In this document: in pieces, positions 12,039 to 26,135 of the stretch | Position numbering within the stretch: the first letter of the stretch is position 1 | Layout of the letters: each line of letters starts with the position of its first letter | Assembly (NCBI RefSeq): GCF_009914755.1 | Contig: NC_060931.1 | Reading direction: 5' to 3' (one strand) | DNA from: the human T2T-CHM13v2.0 reference genome, Homo sapiens | Length of the DNA stretch: 64,000 bases | Notes under the pieces: generated by a model | What the model was told of the DNA's origin: nothing | Seen by the model: the letters and a program-made list of their open reading frames with translations, nothing else | The model's database searches: none | Position numbers and translations under genes: made by a program

Positions 12039-14724
12039 GTTAGAGTGGCTTATATACAAAGTTTGTAGGGAGTAGATTTAGTGAACTTGATGAAGTTTTA
12101 TAGTTCATTCTCCCGAAGGAGACTTGTTAGTCACTGAAGAGTCGCTTCACAGTATTTATTTTTCTTTTTAACTTCCCAACTCTTTTGGGGACAGCTAAGT
12201 AAACACAGCCTCTAGCAGTATGGTATTACTTGGGACAATATTAGCTTCATAACAATGACACACAAAAGCAACATCCAATTTCAAAACGTGATTGTTCTCT
12301 AGATCAAGAATTTTGTTCTGAAATATAATTTTCAGATATAGGTGTGCTTGCTGATAGTTCTAAAATATTGAGCTTGATATAAAGGCAAACCTGTCTAAAC
12401 ATATGGAATTCTTTTGGTAGTTTTAGCCATGCTAACAAATATGTTTTCTGACTACAGCTTTTTTTTCCCCACTGATAAAGGAATATTTTCAATAAGGAAA
12501 TGATAGCAAGTCTTGTAGGGTTACTCTTTGGTATTTGCAAGGTAATAACCAGCTAACAGCAATGTATCAATGATTGCATTTGTGTAGACATCTTGACTAA
12601 AGTCACACAGACAGTAGCAGAAAGTCACTTGTCACTGTGCAGCTGGCACTCTTGCATAATAAGGATTAGGATAGCCGATGTTTTGTCACAGTGCCAAAGT
12701 TAATCATGGTCTAAGGACATTGAAAAAAAGCTGAGAAGTGAGTGAATTAATCATCATTAAAAACAGATTTAAAAAGTAATCCTGAAGGGGAACTTTTAAG
12801 AAAAAAATACTACTTTGAATAATACAAAGTTCTTTCAATATTAAAAAAATGAAAGATGCTTCTAGAAGGGACTCCTTCCTCAAAGACATCAGTATTATAA
12901 CTGTAGGCAGGAAATCATTTTCTAGAAATTAACCTTTCAGGGCAATTCCATCAAATCATGAGTTTTTATTGCTCCAAAGAAATAAACCCTTCATCAGAAT
13001 AGGATTCTGGATCCAAGTCTCTTTGGCATCCTCCCTTTAGTGTCTTTATCAGAGTTAGCTACAGAACATTAAAGTTCCAGAATACTTAAGTCAGTCTGTC
13101 TGTTAGACTTGGAGGGAGGAAGATGATTATTTAAATAGTCAGATAGTTGTAGCATGAAAACAAGTTATTAAACCTCTGCTTGAATAACCTCTGAAAAAAT
13201 GCAAATGTTAACTTTGAGACCGATGGAATAATGTCACCCTACCTGTTTTTAATATTTGAGAATGGACACAAGCAAGGGGACATAAGGGTACCTTCCTCTT
13301 GCCCCCTGCAAACTGGCTGCCAAGGGACTTGTAATGATGGCAGCTGCTTTGGGACAGTCAGGCACCAATCCTCTGCCCAAATAGTCATTTGTTCTTCCAC
13401 TCCTAACTCTTTGCTTGCCTGACATTTTCTGAGAGATTGCACTATTTTTCTTTTCTTATGTTTTTCACTCATTTTAAAGAACGCTTTTTTCTGAATAAGC
13501 TGTTTCCTTAAAGTATTCAAAGAAACAAAATTCCAGGCAGAAGGAAATTTGCATTCTGATGTTGTTTAGAGTTCCAAAGCCTGATGGATGGCTGCCTTCT
13601 CTGTAGCTCCTCCAAGTCATTTCAGATCTACAGGTGCTTCATGGCCTGTCCTAAACCTGTAAGACTTGAAGTCTTATAGGCTTGACTTGCACCTTAATTT
13701 CCACCTCCCTCCATGTAAATAAAATGAAAAACTAATGCCTACATTAGCACTGGATAATCATGAATTGTTGTTTTTGTTCTTTTTTTTTAACGTAAGCAAA
13801 TTTAAATTTTCTACTCTTATTTCTCTCAGTTGGCTCTTGTGTTTCTAGATATACTCCATAGTTGGTTTCCTTAGAGCTTCAGGTAAAAATCTTAGCCTGG
13901 ATCTTAATAATTATACCTGATGGACCAAGAGCTGGGTTCAGTCACATATTGTAAACAATCAAAAGCTAACTTATGAACATATGGCAAATGTAATTCTTTG
14001 ATAAGAAACAAGACAGCAAGTTGCCGTCTTGATTACATAGATGTAATAGGATTATTGTCTTTAGCTATCTGTTCTTGAAGTACATACGTAGCACTTTATC
14101 AGGAAGGCCCACTGAAAAACAAACATGCAACTCTGGAAAGATAGATTTGCTTCAAATAATTAGGAAATAGAAAAACTGTGATGAAAGAAAAATAGGGAAT
14201 TTATTTACACCTTCAAAGTCTCTTAGAATATGTCAAGTAAAATTGAAAACGAATCAAACACGGAAAAGAAGCAAAATTCTTCGCTGTAAGATTTCAGGAA
14301 ATACCTAGCTGCTAAGATTCAGCAATTTAATTACAAAACTGGCACAAAGGCACAATTTAGTTGTGGTGAGGAAATTTAATTCTCCTAACATCAGCTAAAA
14401 GTCTGTTTCTCGAAAAATTGGGACACCTGTTAACTGTTTTACTTATCTCACCGAAAATGTATCTCTTAAAAGATTACTGATAATGTCACACTCTCTTTTC
14501 TTTAGTTCCAAGAAGTTCATGGCAGCCATCATGCCAGGCAATGAGAGGACATTCCTACTGCTTTCTCTCCCCTAAGCTCTGGTTTAGTTTCTGATGCCCT
14601 GAACATCAAGGAAGAGCCAAATATCCTGGCCAAAGCTAGTTCAGCTGTGACAGTTGGGGTAGGGAGAGGTGACGTAGTAAGGATCCTTGACCTTGGTTTT
14701 CAGTAAGTTAATTAAATATCTTAT

Positions 14725-15042
14725 GACTGGACATGGTGGCTCAGGCCTGTAATACCAGCACTTTGGGAGGCTGAGGCAGGCAGATAGCTTGAGCTCAGGA
14801 GTTCTAGACCAGCCTGGGCAACATGGTGAAACCCCATCTCTACAAAAAAATACAAAAATTAGCTGGGCATGGTGGTGTATGACTGTGGGCCCAGCTACTT
14901 GGGGGGCTGAGGTGAGAGGATCACTTGAGCCCAGGAGGCAGAGATTGCAGTGAGCCCAGATCGCTCCACTGTACTCCAGCCTGGGTAACAGAGTGAGACA
15001 CTGTCTCAAAAAATAAGTAAGTAAGTAAATAAATAAATAAAA
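14725..15042 (+). mobile_element. AluJb
   Basis: J diagnostics (gcttgagctcaggagtt, gaggatcacttgagcccagg); (TAAG/TAAA)n tail. Confidence 0.93.
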
Positions 15043-16889
15043 TTTTACTTCTAGCAGCCATGGGCATTTGCTTCAGGTTATTCTGAAGAACAATGCTATT
15101 CTTTTTCTTTAGATTTCCTTCCAGAAAGGAATTCTTCTTAGTTTCCCGTTCAATCTCTCAAGGTAATAAGGTATATTTTATTACCTTATTTATTGTTTTC
15201 TATATAATAAGCTTTTCATGAAGGCTTAAAGAGAAAGTACAAATTATTATTGTTTTTCTTTGACATTTACATCCACTTACTGTTCCTAAGGACAATTCAG
15301 TCCCTCCTCCCATGCGTAAACCTTTCTATCTGATTAGATCCAGGTTGTTACTGATAGACATAAAATTATTTTATAAAAAGAAATTATGTTCAATGTAAAA
15401 ATAGTAATCCATTTTAAATTCCCTTCATTTCTGCAGCCTGTTTCTCCAGACAACTCAAAATTGTCTGAATCCCATAAGACAGTTTCTCTGAGCATATTGT
15501 TTAATGAGAGAAACTTTAGACATTCTGAATAAAACAAGGGAATTACTGATGTCCCAGTGCTCTTTGCAATGAGTACCTCCGGTTTACCATTGTGGAGGAA
15601 ATATTGCATTGACTTTCTACCAAAATCCATGTCTTATCTGGAAGAATGCCTACTATTCATTGAAAATCATTTCCAGACCTCAGATAACACAAGGAACCAG
15701 ACTGCCATATCAGACTCACAAAAATCAGAGCTCTTACAAAGTATCCAGCTTTCCTAATAATTCAAAGGATGCAGATGATGATAAAGGCAATTCACAAAAA
15801 TGTCTGCGATCACTAGTGCAGCTCCTCACATCCTGTGCCACACGAGGATGTGGGCTGGTCCAGATTTAATGTTTGAGGTTTCTAAGTGATGCATGTAGGC
15901 CATCGTTTCCACAAGGAAGCCATTGTGGTTACGAAACAGCTCCATTTGTTTGCTCCATAATTATATCTTTGACCTAACATTTTCCACTGGGCCATATCCC
16001 ACAACCCCAGGAGTTCCTCATTCATTTGCTGTAAGCAACCTAGACAGACTAGATACACCCCGTAAAAAGGATGCCACAGAAAAGGGTCTCATTACCTTTC
16101 TGCTAGTAAATACCTTCAGGAGGCCTGATTAGTATGTTTCCAAGGATTCTTTACTGGGTCATTTCTCTCTCTCTCTTCCTCTCCCTTCTCTTCTTGGACG
16201 TCCTCAGAGAAGACACGATGGGTTACTAAATAAGCCCAAACCCTTTCCTTCTCAAGAACCATTTCTATAGCAAATGTTATTACATTATGACCTTTTTTAA
16301 AAATGTGTGTGCCCCTCTCCATATGATGATTTATCATTTGTAACACACTCAGAGTGCACAAACCATCAGAAATCCTTATCTACTATGGTAAAATTTGAGC
16401 TTCACTAAGGGAAAAAAAAAAAAGAATTGAAGAACTTCCAAAGAGTTTTCTCCTCGTCTTTGTGACTGGTTGCTTTTACTACCCTAGGAATTAAATGTGA
16501 TTTTTCCCTTTAAACATCAGATTTGGGAGTATTGCTCCCTCTTCTGCTCTCAGCATTCTTACTCAATGATTAGTCTTCAACATTCTCACATACTCTCAGC
16601 CACTTTGAGTAAACGAAGATACATCATTCAGGAGTGAGAATTAATTGTAAACAAAATATTTAGATTTAGGAAGATTAAACATTTTTACCAGAGTTATACA
16701 TTACAGTTTAGAACATTAATAAATCATTGTGGCTGAGTTTTACAACTGTTTCAGTTTCATGTCAAGCCATGTAGATAATTTTTCCTGGCCTTCTGCTCCT
16801 TAGAATGACCAAGTCCTTTGAGGCTGAATCTCAAGGCAAATGGAGAAATTTCTTGGTTGAAGTCAAACCAGCTGACTTAGGTAGTTCTT

Positions 16890-17090
16890 GTTCATCAATC
16901 CATTAATTCAACAAGTTGCCATTAAACCTTGTGCTCTGTGGACAGTATTATCTTAGATTTTGGGAATACTGTAGGAAGCAAGGCAATCATGGTTCTGGTC
17001 CTCATGATTCTGACCTCTTTATAAAGACCTATAGAAGAAATCAAGAAAACAAATTCAACTAAAGTAATTACAAATTGTGATAAGCCAAAG
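16890..17090 (-). mobile_element. L2 3' fragment
   Basis: ttcatcaatccattaattcaacaag...tgggaatactgtagg...atggttctggtcctcatga...aattacaaattgtgataag resembles the antisense L2 tail. Confidence 0.6.
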
Positions 17091-18298
17091 GATCTTTGAA
17101 CTGGGCTTTTTATAGCAGTTATATTCTTATGAGGTTATTCAACAAAGATAACTAGCACACAGAAGAAGATTGCATTATGGATTCCGGCTGCTGGCATTAT
17201 AGTATATGGCTTAGATTAATTTTCATGAGATTCCCAAAGAATGAAATTAATCATCCAGTACCAGAGAAAATCAATAAACTTCAAGCTGCTTTGAAAATAC
17301 TAACATAAGAAGGTTAATACCTTAATTGTAAAGTTATCTGAAATGGTATTAATGACAAATGTTTTGTCTCTTAGAATACACATTGGAAACTTCCTGAATG
17401 CTGCTGAAACTGACGTGAATTTTTTCCTTTGCATAATTTAATCTTTAGATAGTAGATTCCAATCAAGATTTTCTGTTCCAGGTACATCTTTAAGCCTAAT
17501 CACTTTCCTCTTTCCTGCTTTTCTCTTCCCAACTCCAAGCACATGCCTGTGCTTATAAAAAATGACATTCAAGTTCTGTTTTGAATAGAGTAAGGCTTTA
17601 GAGGTTTCCTTCAAAACAGAAAGCCCCGAAGTGCCTGTTTCTGTATATTCCTCCTGTACATCCTCCTGTGCTTCAACAATCACCATTTTAAGTACCTGCC
17701 ATTAATTCATCCAACCCTTAGGTATCAAGCCCCAGTGCTGTAGAAGGCTCAAACTAGGTGGTTGGGGGATTATTGTCACAGATGCTGTACTCGAGGAGGA
17801 TATAACTTCATGGGGAATATATAAATAATAATAGCACCATAAGTTATATCTTATCAGGCATTGAGCTGTAAGATTGGAGAGGATGGTAATAATTGTGTAT
17901 ATTCAAAGTAACACCTGAAGATCTTTTAATTAATCCACAAAGCACAGAATATACAGTTCTACTCACAGATTAATGATGATCTAATGAATCCATTAAGGCT
18001 AGATTTTCCTCTGTCGCTGGAACAAAGAACAGATTCTTCAGTCAAGCACCAAATAGAGTGGGTGGCTATGTTTATGGGCTATGGCATATGAAAAAAAATA
18101 CATGCATGTTAATGCAAAAGTCAGTCTTAGTATATTAATACAGTATTAGTATATTCATATACTAACTCCATGAGAGACACAGGGAGCTACGATGAAGACA
18201 AAAGTAAACTTAGAATTTCCATCATAGTCTCACTAATATTTGAAGTGTATATACTCACTGAGTAGATCATGAACACATTTATTTTTCTCTAATATGTT

Positions 18299-18319
18299 TC
18301 TCTCTCTCTCTCTCTCTGT

Positions 18320-18362
<43 letters not shown>
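18299..18362. repeat. Compound (TC)n-(CA)20 microsatellite
   Basis: Directly visible; (CA)20 at 18322-18361. Confidence 0.97.
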
Positions 18363-18363
<1 letters not shown>

Positions 18364-18700
18364 ATTCTGGTCAACAGAAACAACATAAGAAAAGTTTCAG
18401 AAAGCATAAATTAAGTGACATCAATGGAGCAAGGAATATATGCAATTAGTAATAGAAAATAGTAACAAAGTATAGCTGAAAATTCATATAGAAGACCATG
18501 AATATTAAGCAAAATTTGGACTATATTCAGTAGTTTATGTAAAGCCACTGAAGATTTTTGAAACAGATAGTGACATTATGAGTTTGCTGAAAGGCAAACA
18601 GGATGAGTTCAGTTGTAAGCCTACTGAATCTGAGCTGCTGCGGAGGCAATTAGATGCACTCATATCTAGCTACTGGGAAGTCCTAACTAGAGATGAAGGC
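18363..18700 (-). mobile_element. L2 fragments
   Basis: aatttggactatattc...aagccactgaagatttttgaaacagatagtgacattat and gatgagttcagttgtaagc are antisense L2 motifs. Confidence 0.6.
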
Positions 18701-18897
18701 TGATGAGCCATTTCCAGATGCTTTTTTTTTTCAATCTCTTCAGTGCCTAGAACAGTTCCAGGCAATTAATTAACTGGAATTAACTGTTAATTAACTGTGC
18801 TCAGTAATTAACTACTGAATTAATAGTATTTATGATATTAAGGATATGATGCATACATAACTAAACACTGAATGGAAGAATAGATGGATGTATAAGT

Positions 18898-19004
18898 GGG
18901 GGGAGGGAGGGAGGGAGGAAGGAAGGAGGAAGGAAGAAAAGGAAGGAAGGAAGGGGAAGGGGAAGAGGAGGAAGGGAAGGAAGGGAAGGAAAGGAAGAAG
19001 GAAG
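18898..19004. repeat. Polypurine GGAA/GGGA simple repeat
   Basis: About 107 bp containing only G and A on the + strand. Confidence 0.95.
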
Positions 19005-19150
19005 TTTGCCTCTTGAATTTTTCTAGTCTGAACCTTTCTACTAAATATCTATTGTGTTGTTCGACAGTTATTTGTAAACATGAGGTCAGATTCTGGGCAA
19101 CTTTAGGCATCTCAAAAGTTTGTTGTATGTGCAATCAAGAGTAAAGATCC

Positions 19151-19578
<428 letters not shown>

Positions 19579-21649
19579 TTACAAATTTTTCTTTTTTTTT
19601 TTTTTGGAGACGGAAGTGGCAGTAGGAATTAGAAGAGCATCTTAGCAGGGCATGCCTTCTGACAGTGGCAAAGAAGAGAAGCAGCTAAAAGAAGACTAAA
19701 GGTAGAACAGCTCTCCTCTCTGGGGAGGCAAAGAGCCGTTAAAAGTTGTCAGTCACTTCTAAGGCTAGCACTGTGTTTGTGTTTCTCTGAAGACTTATCA
19801 CATATGGCAAGTTCTACGAACTGGAAAGGGGGTCAGAAAGGCATTGACTATAAGGGCAAGCCAAGCCCTTCTTGCTTCAGTAGTTTCCTGGGGCATGACT
19901 GTTTTGAGACAGCTGAACACTTCAGTCTTCACTCTCACTACCCAACACAGAGCAGCAGTGTGGGGAGCTAAGTCAAGTTGAGAAGAATATTCTTGCTTGC
20001 TGGACTGAGAGCACAAGCCTCAAAACAGAGTTCAGAGGATGTTAGCAAGTATCTGGCATCCCTGCCTTCTAACCTGCAGGCTCATCTTGCTGATAAGGTG
20101 CGTGCCATTCCAGTTCCTGGGATCAGTCCAGTGCTGAGTCAAAACAGAAGGAGCTCAAATTTACTCTTGGTTGCACCCTGACACTGTGATTTCTGGGTTC
20201 CAGCCTTTATTCTGTGGCCGTACCTTATACTTTACCTTTGCTGTGTCCATAGCTTTTTCCCTTGTTCTCAAATCTCTATCTCGTGTATTCCAACCCTGTT
20301 TGCTATGGGTTATTTTCTTAGGTACTTGGTGTCTTGCCCTACACCATAGCTCACAGGTGGTTCTTGGCACCTGCCATCTCAGCCACCAGAGCCCAGCCTC
20401 TACAGTGTAGAGTCCCTCCATCTAGGAGGGTCAACTGCTCCTCAGTGGCCCTTTTATTTGGCTATTCTATTACTCCAACTAAAACTCTCCTGCTCAGCTA
20501 CACCTCATGTCTAATTTTGCTTCCACTCCAAATACCTAATTTTCAGCTATAAGCTGAAAGCACACTCCAAATACCTAATTTCACTCTTGAGGCATTTTCA
20601 ATCCTCCCTGATTTTATCTTCTCTGTTATCACCTGGATTCCCAGATTGACATGGAGAAAGCTATGATATGGCTCCCTCCTATTTCCTAGTGGAAGGCAAA
20701 GGGTGCCTGAATCACAAAGTTATGTTAACCTTAAAATTGAACATAGAATTGTCTACATAAATTCAAAAGGTTGAATGTAGGAAAAAAAATGGTGAGTCAA
20801 TATAATCTTGGTTTATCTCTGTAATATACCATTAAAACTCACTGAGAAAGATCACTAGTTAAACATATTGTAAATTCTGGAAACAAAAGCTGCTGAGTTC
20901 TGCTGAAATAGCCCAAGAGTAAATCACAACACCTACAAGATGTTTTATGACTAAGTTAATTTTTTTAAAAATCAGAAGTCATCATATCTCCGCTTGGTGC
21001 TAACTAAAAAGCCAGAAGTTTTGGTCAGAACAAATGTAGTTCACAAACACTAAGGTTTTGGTTGTTCAAAATAAATCACAACACCAGAAACTTAGAAATA
21101 ATAAATATAAACATAGAGCCCTCTTTTGTGGCTTTTCTAAACAACTTATTTCTGATAACTTCATAATGCTGCTGAAGCTGGTCGAATTTAATTATGCTTG
21201 TAAAGTCTACTCATTTGTACATGGGTAAGTCAAACATTCTGGTTTTAAACAGAGTAAGAATAGTTTTCTAAAATATGTAGTCAGTCATGTCAAACCTCTG
21301 GCTAAAGTACTGTTATTTTGGTGCACATATTCTGAGTTTCCATGAAACAAAACATTCAACACCTATGATATTTTATCATACTCAGCAGTTCAAAAGTGCC
21401 ATTCATTTCTGAAGAGCTTGCAGAGTATAAGCTCCATGAGAGAGTGGAGAGAGTGCTTCAAGATATATTCTCTCTGTACCCCTACCAGTGCCCATCTAGA
21501 AGACATTCAGTAATCACATGGTGAATAAATACATGGAAATAAAGTTTCATATCAATTAATCATTGGGCAAGAGAATGTTTTCTGGCTGCTTTGTCCATTG
21601 TTAAATCTACTATGAGAAATTTAAAGGTAACAATTAAGATGAGACCCAG

Positions 21650-22417
21650 AAAAGCACTCAGTGTCATGAGTCAGCAGAGGAATGTTTTTGAAAACCACAG
21701 TGATATACCATGATGCATCCCAGAATGCCTAAAATTAAACATATCAACAGCAGCAAGTGCTGGCCAGGGTGAGAAATAGCGAGTTATACATCGCCGTTTG
21801 GGATGTAAAATGTTATGAACACTTTGAGAAACCATTTATGATTGCGTATAAAGTAAAAAAAACATGTGGTTATCATTATGATACATCTATTTTATTTTCA
21901 GGTGTTTACCCAAAAGAAATGAAGACATATAGCCACATAAGAACTTGCTTAATTTGAAATATCTCCTAATTATAACTAATTCAGCAGTTTATTCTAAATC
22001 AACATGGAAATGAATAAACAAGGGATGATATACTCGTACAATGGAATACTACCCAGCCAAAAAAGGGAGGAAAGAACAAACTGCTGACATTGGTTACAAT
22101 ATGGATGAATCTCTACAACACCATGAATGAAAGAAGCAAACTCAATGTAGTTGACACTACGATTTTATTTATATGAAATTCTAGAACAAGTGAACCTCAT
22201 CTATAGCGATGGAAATGAGATCGGTGGTAGGCTGGGGCCAAGGGTAGACAGAATTGACCACAAAGAGGCACAGGAAGTTTTTGGGGTTGATGGCAATATT
22301 AAATGTCTTGATTGAGGAGGTGACACAGATGTATGCATTTATCAAAACTAATTGAACTGTACACTTTAAATGAGTATCTCTTATGGTATGTAAATTACAC
22401 TTCAATAAAGCTGATTA
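21650..22417 (+). mobile_element. L1ME-type 3' end
   Basis: aaaaccacagtgatatacca, ccaaaagaaatgaagacatat, caatggaatactaccc, ending gtaaattacacttcaataaagctgatt. Confidence 0.8.
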
Positions 22418-22739
22418 TACACTAAATAAAACTAAGACAAATTTGGAAAGTTGGTACCTATGTTTATAATTATAGACTTTTAAAATATATTCTATTATGA
22501 ATAATGCTTTTAGCCTATGGAATCAATTCTTCATAAAAACTCATTACATAATTTTTTGATATTGCTTGTAAAATCATTCCTTTAGACCTATTGAGTAATA
22601 ACGGTGTAGGTGAAGTAGAAGAAAGGTTATATGTTAACAAGATGTGTCCAGGTTGATCAGTATCATGATTTATAGTCCTCCTCTGGTATCCGTGAGGGAG
22701 AGGGAGAGAAGGGGGTAGATATTGAGTCTGATTCATTTA

Positions 22740-22880
22740 TTGACATCATTGGAACTTTCTGGATTGTTTAGTGTGCCTATGGTCAGTCTTAATCCTAGCC
22801 TTAATCCTGAACTTTTCAAGTACTTGAAGCAATAAATTCTATTTTTGCTTAAGCTAATTCGTATTAGGTCTCTGTTCATT
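22740..22880 (+). mobile_element. Old MaLR LTR 3' fragment (MLT1J/K-like)
   Basis: gcaataaattctatttttgcttaagctaattcgtattaggtctctgttca resembles the MLT1 poly(A)-signal end. Confidence 0.5.
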
Positions 22881-25800
22881 AATTCTTTTGTACAAAATTT
22901 CGAAGGAACGGAAAATTTAATGCATTAAACTACACATAAAGTTTGGTAGATATTTTCCCCCAAAATACTATATCTTGTTCTTTCTCCTGTATCCCTCATC
23001 TGTTCTAGGTAATCAACTAATAGTTTTTTATGAATAAGAATTAAATGTTTCTACTTTTTATTGAAAGATTTCAGATTACTGAAAATGTGACAAAAAATTT
23101 CTAAAATAAGCATAGATGTTCCTTCTATGAAAAAAGTACTGACAATTTATCTGTTGTTAAATCATCAATATATTGTACCAGATACCATTATTTACTCCCT
23201 ATTGACTTGTTGAAGTTTAACTAAATTAACTATACTTAATCCATTTCTACCCTAAACATTTATTTGAAATCATTACTACATTTTAAAACAGTTGCTTGAT
23301 ACAAAAGTATTTTCTCCATATAAATAAGGGATACCTTTAAATTGTTTACATTTGTAAAGTACAATATGTAAACAGAATTTTGAATAAATTAAGAATATTT
23401 TCACTGTACTACCTAAAAGCAAACAAACAAACAAAACAAAACAAAACAAAAAACCTCAAACGCTTCTCAGACTTGCAGTTTGAGCTAAATAAACCTTCTT
23501 TATTTTGGTGTATCACTGACAGCTCTGAGTTGACTCCAGGACAATTAGAAAGAAATTTCCGTAATACATATAATTTCCTAAGGTACAAATTTTGAAGTAA
23601 ATAATGGATGCCACAAATGTAAGTTGGTCACTTATTTCTTTTTTCTCTTGTCCATTATCTTCAGATGTGTAATCATTTGCAAATATATTTACTTTCAAGA
23701 AAAGCCCTTTTTATTTTACTGCTTATTATTACTGCCACTAAATAATATTATTGTTTATAGGGCTGTGTTCTATGCTTTAAATGCATTATTATACTTAATT
23801 TTCCAAACATACATGTAAGACAGATGGAGGAGATTGGGAGTACCGAGAGAATGAAAGGTGAGGCTGAATCCATAGTGTTTGCAGTATCCAGATAGGTGAA
23901 GTAAGAGGTGAAGTGTCTTCATGTGAGAAAGAATTGGTGTACTTTTCAGAGAAACAAAGGCTTTCTTACAGGAAAAATAAGCCACAGTTATAGTTGCATC
24001 ATTTGTCAAGAGATTTCTAAAGAATCTTTCAAGATAGGAAATGAGAGAAAGAGAAAGAAAGGAGATTATGTTTTTTCTATGGGAGCCTGTAAATTGAACT
24101 GAAATGAACAGTCCATAAACAGAATGGAATATCTAGGGTCTGGATCCTAGTTCCAGGCAGCTTATCACCTGCTCCCAGGCAGCAGAAGAACCTGAACTAT
24201 TCCAGTGAGGAAACAATGCTTTCACTCTTGACAGTCTTCCCTAAACAGTAGCAAAAACTTCCTTTCAGAAATTGACCATGATATCCTCAAAGTTTTGGTA
24301 TCAAAAGGTTTTTTATCTAATGTCTCATCTGAAAAGGTTGAAGATCACAGAAAAATTTGAGTACAGAAATATGTTTACAATATTACTCATCAGAAAACAT
24401 ATCTATAGAGGCTAAAGGGGTTATGTTCTGCTGCTTTGCAAAACTCAGAGAAGCTGAGTGGGAAGGCAAAGAGTTCAGATCCTAAAATGAAAATTTGTAA
24501 ATCGGGAGGAAGTGTATGGCTGAACAATTCATATTAAAATGTATCATGAGGCCAAACTTTTTAATAGTAATCTATTCATGTCCTATATGTAAACTCTTTA
24601 CTATATTAGTGCTTAGAGCATAATTTGGGCTTAATGCATATAGATTGATTGAGTGACTGAAAAGATAAATGGGAAAAATAGAAGAATACTTTTTTATTCT
24701 CTTTCTGAACTTTTGTCATTAAAATGTGTATTTATTTCTTATGTTCCCACTGTCTTTAAAATAGCATTTCTTTAAAGATGATTCATTTGAGGCCACTTGT
24801 AATAGGACAAAATAAGCAATTGATGACTGATGTGCTTATTAATGGCCTCGGGTGTCACAGAAAACAACTGAGGCTTCAGGCAATTCATCTTTAATGGCAT
24901 TAATGATACCTTTTGAAGGTGTGATTACTACTATAAACCAGAGTCAGTTGTTTATTTCAATTTATTCTTCAGTATGAGCTACAAAAAATTATGAACTGAA
25001 AACAATACTTTAGAAAGGCAGATACTCTTAAAATTAGCAAATAGTTTTTGCTAAATTATAATATAGGTCATTACTGAAAAACACAGATGTAAAATTCCAC
25101 TTCAAAGAAGGTACTTTATTTTCCTTTTCCTTCTAGTTTAATAGGAGAAATAAGAGATTCTTGCATCATTTTAACAAATCAAAATGCAATTATTCATAGA
25201 AGAAAAGCAACATGTTAATCTTTCTTAAATTTCTTAAATGAGTACTTTTGGAAATGAAAATGAAATTATATTAGCAAAAATTTAATTAGCACATGTGGTG
25301 AAAGATTTTATATGATTCAGTTAGTAGATTTGGTCAATTTATGCTAATTGGCAAGTAATACAATAGAATCAAATTATGTATCATCAGAATAAAGAGGAAT
25401 AAACATTATAATAACATTTTTCAAGTATACTTTCCAAAAGGTCATTTTTAAAGAATTCGCCCCTTCTGAACAGCACATACTATGTTCGCTGGGAGCTGAA
25501 AGAGTGTGTCAGAATTATCTGGCACTTAAACACCAGCAAGGTGTCTGGAATAACTTTCTCACAAGAACACGGTGTAAATATCATTTTTCTTCTGTTTGAT
25601 TATTTTGAAAAACATGCATACTTCATGTGAACTATAGTGAAGTGTCTGATTATCCAAAGAAAAAGCCAATATTTGAAAAGGTGTTATTCACAATAGAGCC
25701 AAAATAGAAACAGGGTAAAATTTTGATGGAATAAGTGGTAGGGATGAAGGAAGAGCACAGAGACTATGCTTGCATTTAAAGGCAAAGCATACAGTAATTA

Positions 25801-25989
25801 TAACTATATTTCTAGGTGAAGAAGCTGTGGATGACTAGTATATTTTTCTCCACAAGATATCTATAAAGACCATTGTTTGGCTTGTATTAACATTTTTGTT
25901 TGCATAATCTGACTTGGGCAAGATATGTATAAGAAATGCTTAGCTATAAAACAATAGACTAACACTGGGAGAGTATGGGTGATGGAGTC

Positions 25990-26135
25990 CTCTGGGTTAC
26001 ACGGCATGCTGTGGCATAGTGTCCTCAGCTGCAAATTAGAGATGATGATCGTAACCAATTTCTAGGAGTGTTGAGATTAAATAAGCTAGTACACGTAAAT
26101 CACTTAGTATAGACTCAGGAAATGTTAGCTCTTAA
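25990..26135 (+). mobile_element. MIR fragment
   Basis: cctcagctgcaaattagagatgatgat...ttgagattaaataagctagtacacgtaaatcacttag. Confidence 0.65.

Noticed and set aside
17438-17686. 82-aa ATG-initiated minus-strand ORF in unique sequence
   Set aside because: No recognisable homology, domain or supporting splice structure; its length is within chance expectation for 64 kb.
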